A DNA stretch of 63,844 nt, filler included, from Squatina squatina (lineage: Eukaryota), in the NCBI GenBank assembly GCA_031763465.1. It is 4 parts of 4 records of this genome, joined end to end, with 100 filler letters (N's around TTAATTAATTAA, not from the genome) between each part and the next. Parts side by side here need not be neighbours in the genome. Positions count along the whole stretch, not along the records: positions 34,584 to 51,272 come from JARFOE010000058.1; 3 more parts are not named here. The stretch is one strand, 5' to 3'. Under the pieces are notes generated by a model, which was not told the origin of the DNA, did not search any database, and worked only from the letters and a program-made list of their open reading frames with translations. Of the stretch, positions 36,813 through 47,825 are shown in pieces. Numbering within the stretch: the first letter of the stretch is position 1; every line of letters begins with the position of its first letter. The position numbers and the translations under genes are program-made.

Positions 36813-38710
36813 GTAATATGATTTTTTTTAATGTTATTTAACTATGGAATGTTGAAGGGGCCCAGAGGAAAGAAGATAAATTATTGTGAGATGGAAAGGG
36901 AATTGAAAATTCTATTTGAGTTTTAGTAAAACTGATTAAGATGGTATGGAGCAGAAATTAATGCAAATGTGATTTTTAAAATTTGATAATATAGAGGATT
37001 CTGTGACCTTGAGTTTCTCACCTCTCCCTTCAGCTCTGACAGCATGAGTCTAGCCTATTGACGATAATCCCACAGAGACACAGTTGGATCCCCCTAACAA
37101 GGCAGAGCTTGGTTAATAATGGATATGCATTCTGTGAAGAAGTAGTTCTAGGCTTTCATTATGTGTAATGGTTCTGTTATATTTTAACTATTATAAACAC
37201 AGGATCCATGAATAGGTAGATTGATTTACCCCACGCTATCCTATAAATTCACTGCTGTGCAGCTCGTAACACAGAACCCAAAACTGTTCAAAAATATTGA
37301 ATAGTAAGTGTTCCAGCTTCATTAATCAATACAATGTAGATTATACATGGCTGTTTAACTTCCCAATAATTACAGCTGGAGTGTTTCTCCTGAGACGCCA
37401 TCCTTACTGTCAATTCACGTTATATTCTAGAGAACTTGGGGCAGATCTTTCTGGTGAGTTACGCTGGTGAACTGGTACAACCTGGATGGGCAATGGAGGA
37501 AAATTGGGCAGAAGCTGTTTTTGCTAGCTCCTGGTTACCCAATGCTACCTCCGAGATTTCCCACTGGAAATGATGCTGNNNNNNNNNNCAAAAATGGGCA
37601 GGTGTATTGTAATAAGCAACAATTTGCAGACAACATCATATGATATATTTCCCATCAGCTGCATCGTAGAAACAATAGGTGCAAGGAACTCCACCGCGTT
37701 CCGGGTGTCCACTGTTGTTATAAGTGGCAAGGGAGGGATGGAGGCTTAAAATGGAAATAGCCCCTCTGCTTAATGTATTTAATCACATTAATAAAAGTGC
37801 CAAATTCAAATTTCAAGATTTAANNNNNNNNNNNNNNNNNNNNNNNNNNNNNNNNNNNNNNNNNNNNNNNNNNNNNNNNNNNNNNNNNNNNNNNNNNNNN
37901 NNNNNNNNNNNNNNNNNNNNNNNTGTGGAAATATATTACTGTCAGGTTGGGGCTGCCATGGAGACGAGCTCAGATAACTGATTGCTGCCATCTGCAGGGT
38001 GGCTGATAAGTGAATTAAACATTGCTCTAGATTAGCACAGGAACCAAAAAGAGTTTAAAGCTGATAGGATTTACTTTAGAAAGATTGCTCCTTCAGTAAG
38101 TGCAGGGTCTCCAGCCGGGAACTTAATGACTGAGTTTGGGGCCAAACTCTGTGAGGAGAATAATTACCACAGAGAAAGTTAAGTACCTTCCTGTAACACT
38201 GAACTGTTTTCTGCCATTTCGGTTCTATGCCCTTAATCCTCCAAAAGATTTAAAGCTGCAGTGGCCCCCTTATTTGTTGCTTACTTTTTTCCCCTCAACC
38301 ATAAAATGGTCACTGAAAGCAAACATCTTGCTTGCTTTCCTTTTTTTCTGGCAATTTTCTCTTATCCTCATCCTCTTGGTACTTTGCACATGTGGCTATT
38401 ATTCATATTATTATTCTTTTTTTCTACAACCAACTGCCTTCTTAAACACCCCCACTTGTCCGCCACAATCTTTTCACAGTGTTTGAGATCATTGACTAAG
38501 CTATCCTTCTGCAATGCCCCATCTCTGTTGTCCAGCTCCATGTGCCCTTTTTGGTTCCGCTTCTACTTATCTGAATCTAGCCAGACCATCTTCNNNNNNN
38601 NNNNNNNNNNNNNNNNNNNNNNNNNNNNNNNNNNNNNNNNNNNNNNNNNNNNNNNNNNNNNNNNNNNNNNNNNNNNNNNNNNNNNNNNNNNNNACAACAA
38701 CATTTTTTAG

Positions 38711-39312
38711 CATTTGAAGATAGAATGGCCAAGTTATTCCGTGAGATTAACTTGGGTGAACTGTCAAAATTGAAACAACATTTACAAAATAAAGGGACAT
38801 TAATGACATTTAATAGAGTTTCAGTGAGGTAGAGCACAAAGGGGAATCATTTTCTTTTTGCTGTGGAAGGATCCATTTCAACTGCAAGGTAATATAGATG
38901 GAAACAGGAATGTGACCAAAACCATTCAGACAATCCTAGTAGGATAAAAGAGGGGAAAAGCTTATCAAAAGTCTTTGATTTCAGCAAAGTTGTTAAATTA
39001 ATTAGCAGAGCAAGTAAACAGAGGAACTTTTCTGATGTCTATTCACATTTTGAGGAGACCACTCAGACTACACGCAGCTGTCATGAGAATGATCTTCAGA
39101 CAATTCCTATTATTCCGGAGACTGGAAATGGAAAATGTACCTTCCTGTCGCAGTCTTCCCTCGCCTCAGACTCTGGAATGTGTAACCCTGTCAGTCAATG
39201 CAGCTCATCGGAAAGCAGGTATTCACACAAAGTAACAAGGGCTGAAATTTCAGCGAAGAGCTGCAACTCTGAACTACTTGGCTCCTTCACTCCTGTTTCC
39301 TTCACTTGTGAT
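38711..39312 (+). pseudogene. Putative divergent or decayed large N-terminal exon of ARHGEF9 (SPATA13/ARHGEF4-long-like)
   Basis: About 200 codons in one frame with only two stops (38830, 38890); DFSKVVKLIS resembles recalled SPATA13 DFDRVFKLVS. Confidence 0.4.
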
Positions 39313-39478
39313 NNNNNNNNNNNNNNNNNNNNNNNNNNNNNNNNNNNNNNNNNNNNNNNNNNNNNNNNNNNNNNNNNNNNNNNNNNNNNNNNNNNNNNNN
39401 NNNNNNNNNNNNTGACAAAGGTTTTTGTTGGCCATTGTATGACATATTGTATTACATTATGGTACTTTACCTTTGCAG

Positions 39479-39609
39479 CTGACACCACAGTTGGAACTGA
39501 GATGTCAAGAATCCACGAAAGCAATGGGAGTAATAAAGACTATGTTGGTTTCTGTCATGGCACTGTCAGGCCTCTGAAGCATGGTGCAGAGCAACTGCTG
39601 GTGAATAAG
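39479..39609 (+). CDS. ARHGEF9: ARHGEF9 upstream exon homologous to the Asef/Asef2 APC-binding-region exon
   Basis: ctttgcag| acceptor, AAG|gtaagg donor, phase-0 end fits the SH3 exon; DTTVGTEMSRIHESNGSNKDYVGFCHGTVRPLKHGAEQLLVNK. Confidence 0.72.
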
Positions 39610-40932
39610 GTAAGGTTTTCTTCAGAGGATTACCAATTTATTCCTGCTCTAAGACTTGGGGCTTAACTCTATTTAAAATCTCAAATAGCCCTCAACCACT
39701 TTTCATATTGTGTATTCCAGTGCTCATATATTAGCATGTAGGCCGGAGGCTTTTGACCATTTCCTGACCCTTCTCATAATGCTGCATCACAAAACCAGCA
39801 TAAACCATCAATTGTTTCTCCCTCATCTGTGTTCTTTTCAGATGCTATTGTTTGGAGGGTGAGATGGTTCAGGGAACAAACTTCTCCTTAGATATTACCA
39901 TTGCAGTTGATTAGCAAAGAGCCTCTTTGTCCTGCACCCCCAGTTTTCTCATTTGCTCAGGGATGAATCAATCGCCTGCAAGGAATGTAACTCACTAATT
40001 CGGTGAGGTCTCTGTATGAACATAGGGGCCCCAATTGATGTGCCTTCACGTCCGGGTTGTGCCGATCAACGGTGCTACCCGGGCGTGGAAGCAGTGTAGA
40101 GTCAAAAAATGATAAAACCCAGTATTGGGCCTGGTGCGGGAACTTAAAACGGTGGCAGCAGCGAGGAGTGCAGAAGCCCAGGGAGCTTTTGCAGNNNNNN
40201 NNNNNNNNNNNNNNNNNNNNNNNNNNNNNNNNNNNNNNNNNNNNNNNNNNNNNNNNNNNNNNNNNNNNNNNNNNNNNNNNNNNNNNNNNNNNNNTGCCTG
40301 TGGAATTGTAACTCCTCAAGAGTCAACACTTCCAGAGGAGAATGGAAGAAAATTGGAGACAGTTAGCAAAATACAACATTCATGGATTTATTGCTTTTTA
40401 CCATTATAGTACTGCATTTTTAAGTACTAACTATGCACTTGCAGAGGAACGCTTTGTTGATACACCGCACGGAACCAGACTTTCCCGGAACAATTTTCAG
40501 AAGGTGCCTGCAGCATACTGTTGATGTCAGCACTCTATTGATAGGCCGGCCCTATTATAAAAATACTCTTCTCATTAATTTTAAATGCTGCTGCTTTTCC
40601 TAAACAAACATGCCTTTTGAGATACTGAGGCAGAGAATTTTCGAGAGTCTGAGCAAGCAAAACATATGCTGCAGTAGCTTTAACTATACAGATTAAGACA
40701 AAAGAAAGAAATGCTTGTATCTATTTAATGTTTTCAAAAACTGAATTAACTTCTTGAAGAGCCATTAGTAATGTTATGAAGGCAAACATATCAGCCTGCT
40801 TGATATGTTCAAGTCCTGGAGAGGGGCTTGAACCTTAATGCAGAAGTCTTGTCAACTGAGCTAGCTATTACCTGACCGGTCCCAATTAAGTTCACAAGTT
40901 AAACTTCAATATCTATAATTTATTAAATATCT

Positions 40933-41236
40933 TGGGCTAGAAATTGATTGGCGTCCCGTCTGGCCGCTCACGGGGCGGAAGCTGGAATTTCTCGCGCCGT
41001 CACCCACCCCGTACCCCCCTCAGAATTCATTGCTCCGGGGTGTGAGCGAGCCACAGCACGTTCCCAGATGGAACTGGGGCGGCCAGACACTGGGCCACCA
41101 GGGACGATGGCAACCAGGCCACCAGCCTGGTGCCAGAAGAGGGGATAGTGGCCCGATCCGGCCAAGGGCCGCTATCAGTTGGCCAACAATGGACGACAAA
41201 TTAAGATGGCTTCCACAGGCACACAGGCCCTCCTCT
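40933..41236 (+). mobile_element. Harbinger-type non-autonomous element
   Basis: Starts gggctagaaattg; interior ggccaccagg...ccaccagcctgg...gatccggcc shared in reverse with 55698-55800. Confidence 0.65.
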
Positions 41237-41559
41237 NNNNNNNNNNNNNNNNNNNNNNNNNNNNNNNNNNNNNNNNNNNNNNNNNNNNNNNNNNNNNNNN
41301 NNNNNNNNNNNNNNNNNNNNNNNNNNNNNNNNNNNNTGTGTGTGAATGAAACATGCAATGAGTGTTACGAATAGAATGGTAGTCTACAGCAAAATAATGT
41401 TTCTCTATTTATGAGTTAGAGTACAGCTCACCTGTGAATTTGTCCCATCTAAGTTTTAGTACTGCTGTGCAAAGAAAAACTGTATGATGCCATAATTCAT
41501 TTACTTCAATTTTTTCATTACCTCCAATTTCATTAACTTCTTCTCTGAAAGCACTAACT

Positions 41560-41914
41560 CTGGCTGGGCTATAGTTCCACAGGTGTCAGTTGCCTTTCAT
41601 TACCTCATCCACTGGTCAGTCTTCAGGCATAAGCATAGAAAGTGAGTGCCAGCAGGCTATATGACTGCAAATGGGCATCATAACCAATCCCATTCCGATC
41701 CCCACCAGGTGTTCATCCACGTACCTTTTCCTGCAGGAGTTACTGGATAGAAATCAGGTGTGCGAACCCTGACTGAATTTCTTCTGCTCACTAGCCTGAG
41801 GGGGCTGAAGCCAATTATATTTTCCTGACTGCTGCCCCAGCTGAGATTAGATGATTTAGCACAGACCCTGAATCAAACTTGAGACCTTTTGGTCCGTCTA
41901 ACTCAGATACAGGC
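41560..41914 (-). mobile_element. Old tRNA-headed SINE
   Basis: Related copies at 49885-50270 and 53415-53810. Confidence 0.55.
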
Positions 41915-42014
41915 NNNNNNNNNNNNNNNNNNNNNNNNNNNNNNNNNNNNNNNNNNNNNNNNNNNNNNNNNNNNNNNNNNNNNNNNNNNNNNNNNNNNNN
42001 NNNNNNNNNNNNNN

Positions 42015-42843
42015 TCCCTCACTGGGGATCTCAGTCCCTCACTGGCGATCTCAGTCCTTCACTGGGGATCTTGGTCCCTCTCTGGGGATCTTGGTCCCTC
42101 ACTGGCGATCTCAGTCCTTCACTGGGGATCTTGGTCCCTCACTGGGGATCTCAGTCCTTCACTGGGGATCTTGGTCCCTCACTGGGGATCTCAGTCCCTC
42201 ACTGGCGATCTCAGTCCTTCACTGGGGATCTTGGTCCCTCTCTGGGGATCTGTCTCTCTCACTGGGGATCTTGGTCCCTCACTGGGGATCTCAGTCCTTC
42301 ACTGGGGATCTCAGTCCTTCACTGGGGATCTTGATCCCTCTCTGGGGATCTGGCTCTCTCACTGTGGATCTCAGTCCTTCACTGGGGATCTTGGTCCCTC
42401 ACTGGGGATCTCAGACCCTCACTGGTGATCTCAGTCCTTCACTGGGGATCTTGGTACCTCTCTGGGGATCTGGCTCTCTCACTGGGGATCTTGGTCCCTC
42501 TCTGGCGATCTCAGTCCTTCACTGGGGATCTTGGTCCCTCTCTGGCGATCTCAGTCCTTCACTGGGGATCTCAGTCCTTCACTGGGGATCTTGGTCCCTC
42601 TCTGGGGATCTGGCTCACTCACTGGGGATCTCAGTCCTTCACTGGGGATCTTGGTCCCTCTCTGGGGATCTTGGTCTCTCACTGGGGATCTCAGTCCCTC
42701 ACTGGTGATCTTGGTCCCTCTCTGGGGGTCTTGGTCTCTCACTGGGGATCTCAGTCCCTCACTGGGGATCTTGGTCCCTCACTGGGGATCTCAGTCCCTC
42801 ACTGGGGATCTCAGTCCCTCTCTGGGGATCTCAGTCCCTCACC
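42015..42843. repeat. Minisatellite, 20-bp unit actggggatc(tcag/ttgg)tccctc
   Basis: About 41 copies; explains the repetitive ORFs. Confidence 0.96.
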
Positions 42844-43487
42844 TCACCTGTGATTATAAATTTTATAACAGTGACCTGGGAAAAGCATTTCAGGAGGCTC
42901 GTGAAATATTGGACAATTTTTTCAGCTGCCTCCATTTTGTTGTGTTTAATTTTTTCCGATAATTGCACAGTAAAATGTGATTAAAACGAGGAAATGAAAA
43001 CATTTTGTTACCATAGCACACTGCAGTTATAAAACCACACCTCAGTCTATTCCCTGAGACTAAATGGCAGCTCTTTAATGACACTTGTCACTACTTTAAT
43101 CATTTGTTACCATAATTAAGAGCAATCCTGTTCCAGCAGACCTCAGCACAATGGTGTGTTTCCTGAAGAACATCTCGACTAGAATTACTCTCGCACAGCA
43201 CGACTGCCTCTGTTTGTGTGTCTAGTGCTCTCTCTGGTTGGTGAATTTTCCACAAGATCACAGCACTCAAAGAGTTAACACGGTGATCATTGTTTTGCAT
43301 TCTGGAAGCAAGCAAACAAACTGAAATATTCCAGTGACATTTATCTGTTATCCTTCAAAAGATACTTTGCATTTTTTCATTTTCCCATACTGTTAAATAT
43401 TCCCATCAACCACTGCCCCCACCCCACCTACCCTTCCAATGCTATCTGATATGTGACGACTAAATATTCATGACATTAGCTTTTCAT

Positions 43488-43560
43488 ACATGATTGGCAG
43501 CTGCATCCCGGCTTGCTTGGTCACTGAGTGATTAGCATGCGACGCCCGCCTCAGCTGTTG
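43488..43560 (+). promoter_or_regulatory. Candidate promoter of the ARHGEF9 MTL first exon
   Basis: TGATTGGC inverted CCAAT, E-boxes CAGCTG, GC-box-like cgcccgcct, 200-270 bp upstream of the uORF. Confidence 0.45.
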
Positions 43561-43760
43561 CCTCACACTGTGAGATACTGCTCACGGGGCTGTTATTCAG
43601 AAACTGGCACTCTCTCTTTCTTATCTACATACAGTGTGACGTGTAATTTCTGCCGAATGGGTTTTTGCAAGGAATTTAGTGCAAGTGAAGCACTTGAGAC
43701 TGATGCTGCAATCAGCTGGAATGGAATGAATTAGAAGGGGAAGAAGAAATCTCATCTGGT

Positions 43761-43955
43761 ATGGTGGATCTGCTGGACAATTTTAGTTCAGAGCACAGGT
43801 TGACATCACAGAGCCTGCCAGATCCGCATCTTGAGTACTACAGTCTCCTGCATTGCACCATGACCTTGGATATACAGACCATTGTTGTATTTGCCATTAT
43901 CGTAGTGTTGGTGCTGGTGAATGTAATTTTAATGTTCCTGCTCGGCACACGTTAA
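43761..43955 (+). CDS. uORF-encoded single-pass membrane microprotein (64 aa) in ARHGEF9 5' leader
   Basis: Strong Kozak ggtATGG; TM IVVFAIIVVLVLVNVILMFLL; stop 74 nt before the ARHGEF9 ATG. Confidence 0.8.
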   Translation: MVDLLDNFSSEHRLTSQSLPDPHLEYYSLLHCTMTLDIQTIVVFAIIVVLVLVNVILMFLLGTR

Positions 43956-44029
43956 TGGATGACTCTTGAGCTATTGGGTGACACAGCGCTTCAGAGGGAC
44001 AGCTACAGTATGGCCCTGCAGTGATATGA

Positions 44030-44038
44030 ATGACGTTG
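44030..44038 (+). CDS. ARHGEF9: ARHGEF9 first coding segment (MTL)
   Basis: ATG ACG TTG|gtatat; splicing to 49309 gives [19 protein letters not shown] vs recalled human [19 protein letters not shown]; in-frame TGA immediately upstream. Confidence 0.85.
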
Positions 44039-44236
44039 GTATATTATCTACCTAATCTTTTGTCGTGTCTTGTCTTTAATATGCCTGTAAGTCTAGTTAT
44101 TTGTTGGCTAGATCTTGTGTAATTTTTTGAAAGAGAATAGAAAAGCTCTTTTGTGGCATTTTTCTAGCAATAGAAGCTGTGCTCTGTAGAAATTTCTAGC
44201 AAGCAATTATTGATGCTTTGTGTATTACTGAAGGCT

Positions 44237-44436
44237 TGTGTGTGTGAGTGTGTGTGAGTGTGTGCAGTTTGTGTGTGAGTGTGGTTCGTGTGTGTGTGCA
44301 GTTTGTGTTTGTGTGTGAGTGTGTGTGTCTGAAAGTGTGTGTGTGTAGTTTGTGTGTGTGTGTGTGTGTGGGGGGGGGTGTTTGTGTGTGTGTCGTGTGT
44401 GTGTTTGAGTGTCTGTGTGTGTATGAGTCTGTGTAT
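44237..44436. repeat. Imperfect (TG)n microsatellite
   Basis: Visible. Confidence 0.93.
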
Positions 44437-44606
44437 NNNNNNNNNNNNNNNNNNNNNNNNNNNNNNNNNNNNNNNNNNNNNNNNNNNNNNNNNNNNNNNN
44501 NNNNNNNNNNNNNNNNNNNNNNNNNNNNNNNNNNNNTAACGTCTCATCCGAAAGACAGTGTAAACTTCTGTTGCTCTTTCCCTTTATCAAGGGATGATCA
44601 ACAAAC

Positions 44607-44856
44607 ATTTACTTAGGCACAGAACCAGTCGTCTGCTATGGAGACACAATTCATTTTTTGATCTGCTGTTTGATTTGATTCGATTGCCATCAAGGGCGGA
44701 GCGCGCCAGGAGCCGGGAAGCTATAACTTCTTCCAACTTACAGTTTGTATCGTTCGTAATCAAAGCAATCAGATCAAATCAAACAGCAGATCAAAAATGA
44801 AATGTGCCCCCGCAGCGGCTAAACACAAGCCGAACCCGTTCTGTGTCTGAGTAAAT
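44607..44856. repeat. Fold-back inverted repeat (probable MITE)
   Basis: Outer arms 44607-44625/44838-44856, inner ~42-bp arms 44645-44687/44765-44806. Confidence 0.85.
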
Positions 44857-44950
44857 ATGCATTCCTCAACCTCAATAAAAAAAAAAGCTTTTGCTGTTGG
44901 TGGGAGCTTGGTGTGTGTAAATTGGTTTTAAATTTTCCCACATTTCCAAT

Positions 44951-45162
44951 GGAGTACTGAGGGAGTGCTACACTGGTGGAGGTGCTGTCTTTCAAATGAG
45001 ACATTAAACTGAGGTCCTGTCTGCCTTCTCAGGTGGACGTAAACGATCCTGTGATGCTATTTGAAGTTTTCCCGGTGTCTTGGCTAATATTTATCCCTCA
45101 TCCCTATCACTAAAAGGAATTTATTTCTGAATTTTATATCATTGCTGAGACCTTGCTCTGTG
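44951..45162 (+). mobile_element. Deu-domain SINE fragment
   Basis: gtactgagggagtgct...ggtggacgtaaacgatcc...ccggtgtcttggctaatatttatccctca. Confidence 0.75.
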
Positions 45163-45172
45163 NNNNNNNNNN

Positions 45173-45742
45173 CAACAAAAACTTGCATTTAGATAGCATC
45201 TTTAACATGATAAAACATCCCAAGGCGCTTCATAGGTGCTTTCTGAAACAAAATTTGACACCGAGCCACATAAGGAGATATTTGGACTATTGGTCAAAAT
45301 CTTGGTTATTTGGAGGTTTAAGGAAGGTCTTAAAGGAGGAGAGAGGGGTAGAGAGGTGGAGAGGTTTAGGGAAGGAATTCCAGTACTTAGGGCTTCAGCA
45401 GCTGAAGGCACTGCCGCCAATGGTGGAGCGATTAAAATTGGGGATGCTCAAGAGTCTAGAATTGGAGGAGCGCAGAGATCTCAGAAGATTGTAGGGCTGG
45501 AGGAGGTTACAGAGTTAGGAAGGAATGAGGCCATGAGGAATGAGGAGGGATTTGAAAACAAGGATAACATTTTTTAATCGAGGCGTTGCCAGACCAGGAG
45601 TCAATGGTCTGGGGTGATGGGTGAAAGGGACATGATGCAAGTTAGGATTTGGGGAAGCAGAGTTTTGGATGAGCTCAGGTTTCCGGAGGGTGCAAGGTGG
45701 GAAGTTGGCCACCAGTCCATTGCAATAGTCAAACCTAGACAC
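45173..45742 (-). mobile_element. L2 LINE 3' part
   Basis: SRFDYCNGLVANFPPCTLRKPELIQNSA plus L2 tail. Confidence 0.9.
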
Positions 45743-45879
45743 CAGTGATTACACTTCAACAAGTACTGTAAAGCCATTTGGGAAATCCTGAGGTTGTGAA
45801 AGTTACTTTCCTTTTCCTTTTAGTTTGGATTGATTCAGGTTACAAGTCATTCAACTGTAGCTTTAAAATTGCTTTGCAT

Positions 45880-46407
45880 TGTATGCAGTTCTGATCACAT
45901 TACAGGAAAGGTGTAATTGCACTAGAGCGGCTACAGAGTAGATTTACCAGGATGTTGCCAGGACTGGAGAATTTTAGCTATGAGGAAAGATTGGATAGAC
46001 TGGGGTTGTTTTCTTTGGAACAGAGGAGGCTGAGGGAGACCTGATTGATGTGTATAAAATTATGAGAGGCCTAGATAGAGTGGACAGGAAGGACTTATTT
46101 CCCCGAGCAGAAAGGTCAATAACTAGGGGGCAGAGATTTAAAGTAATTGGCCCAAGGATTAGAATTGAGAACTTTTTTCACCCAGAGGGTGGTGGGGTTT
46201 GGAACTCACTGCCCAAAAGGGTGGTAGAGGCAGAAACCCTCATTGCATTTAAAGCATACTTGGATATGCACTTGAAGTGCCGTAACCTACAGGGCTACGG
46301 ACCAAGAGCTGGGAAGTGGGATTCGGCTGAAAAGTTATTTTTCGGTTGGCACAGACACGATGGGCCGAATGGCCTCCTTCTGTGCTGTAAATTTCTATAA
46401 TTCTATA
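45880..46407 (+). mobile_element. CR1 LINE 3' end
   Basis: [37 protein letters not shown]; tail ttctataattctata. Confidence 0.92.
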
Positions 46408-47651
46408 AAGTTCAGGGGGCAGAAAGAAATGCAGATTGTGCTGTGACAAATGCCTGTACATACAGTAAGTGGTTTACATACACAAGAAACATTACAAAGA
46501 ATAGTCTGTGGTACCAGTTGATTCTCATTATTGGCTTGTAATGGGGATTTATTGTTGCTATTTCTGTAAAACAACATGACACAGCTTTGCTAATCTGGCT
46601 TTAGTCATTTTTGAAGTCATAGAAGAAAATTCAGACCTTATTTTGTGTCATTTCCTATGTATTTTGACTAAATTATTCTGGTAGAATTTATAATGATCTG
46701 CATTTTCCTTCAGCCATTTTTAATGTTTGAGCTGCAAATGTGATTCAACAATCGGCAAGCTTGTATCCTCAGAAAATTAAAACATTGTTTGTCGTTTTAT
46801 AGTATTTTAAATGGAATAAAGGGTGGCAAATTATGCACAGGCATTTTGTAGCCCACCTCCATACACACTTTGCCTCCCCACTACTGACGAACACTACATA
46901 CACAATTCACCTTCAGGGCTATTACTGGGGTCCCTGTGACTGAAGAGACCTGAGACGTGTTTAAAAATACTATCTAGTCAGAGCAAGGAGGAGGTTCAGT
47001 CGTGATTCATGGGAGCTGTAAAGAGATGTCAAGAAGCAATAGGCAGGCCCTCTGCCCTGCTATCCTCTAACTGAGATGAAAGATAAAAGCATCAAATTTG
47101 GACATATACATAGAATGTGCATGTATGGTTGGCAATGAAAGAATATCATAGCTAAGTAAATCTCATCCAATCTCGCCATAGTTTCTTGCAGACTTTCCTC
47201 CTGTGTCGTGATGGGAATTGTTGCTTTGAAATCTTTCTGATGTGGTAACCGCAGTTATTTTTGGCTGCAGTTCACTGGCTCTATGTGGTCTCCCTGTAGA
47301 TACATGATAATAGTCTGCAGTAGATTTGGGGCCCTTTTTGCTTTTCAACTGTTTGCCAATAAATCCTTAAGTTTTTGGGTGGGGGGTTAGTGGACTTTAA
47401 TAATTCCTCCATTTTTTGTTCCATAGTTTTTGGAATCTTTTTTCAAGTCAAATACACCTTCTGCAACATTGGCCAATGAGCTAAATCAGCTACACTGGAT
47501 TCCATTCCTTTTATCAGCTAATTTTACACCAGCCAAAGTTAGGTCTCTGGATACAGTTGGAAAAAATGCAACTACATTTAATAGCCTTAAGTGAATTGTG
47601 AATTTTGGACATTAGAGATTTCTGAGAGAAACTGGTGGATTACAAAATTTT

Positions 47652-47825
47652 ACATAGAATTTTACAGCACAGAAACAGGCGATTCAACCCTAATGGTCTA
47701 TGCCAGTGTTTATGCTCCACCCGAGTATCCTCTCACCCTACATCATCTCACCCTACTTACATATTCTTCTATTCTTTTCTCCCTCTTGTACTGATCGAGC
47801 TTTCTCTTAAATGCATCATTCATAT
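47652..47825 (-). mobile_element. CR1 tail fragment
   Basis: acatagaattttacagcacagaaacaggcgattc. Confidence 0.6.

Noticed and set aside
41879-42962. Long ORFs (140-205 aa) and CRISPR-like periodicity
   Set aside because: 20-bp tandem minisatellite without unique spacers in a eukaryotic genome
43860-43868. ATGACCTTG as the ARHGEF9 MTL start
   Set aside because: Followed by GA, not a GT donor; the ATG at 44030 has the donor
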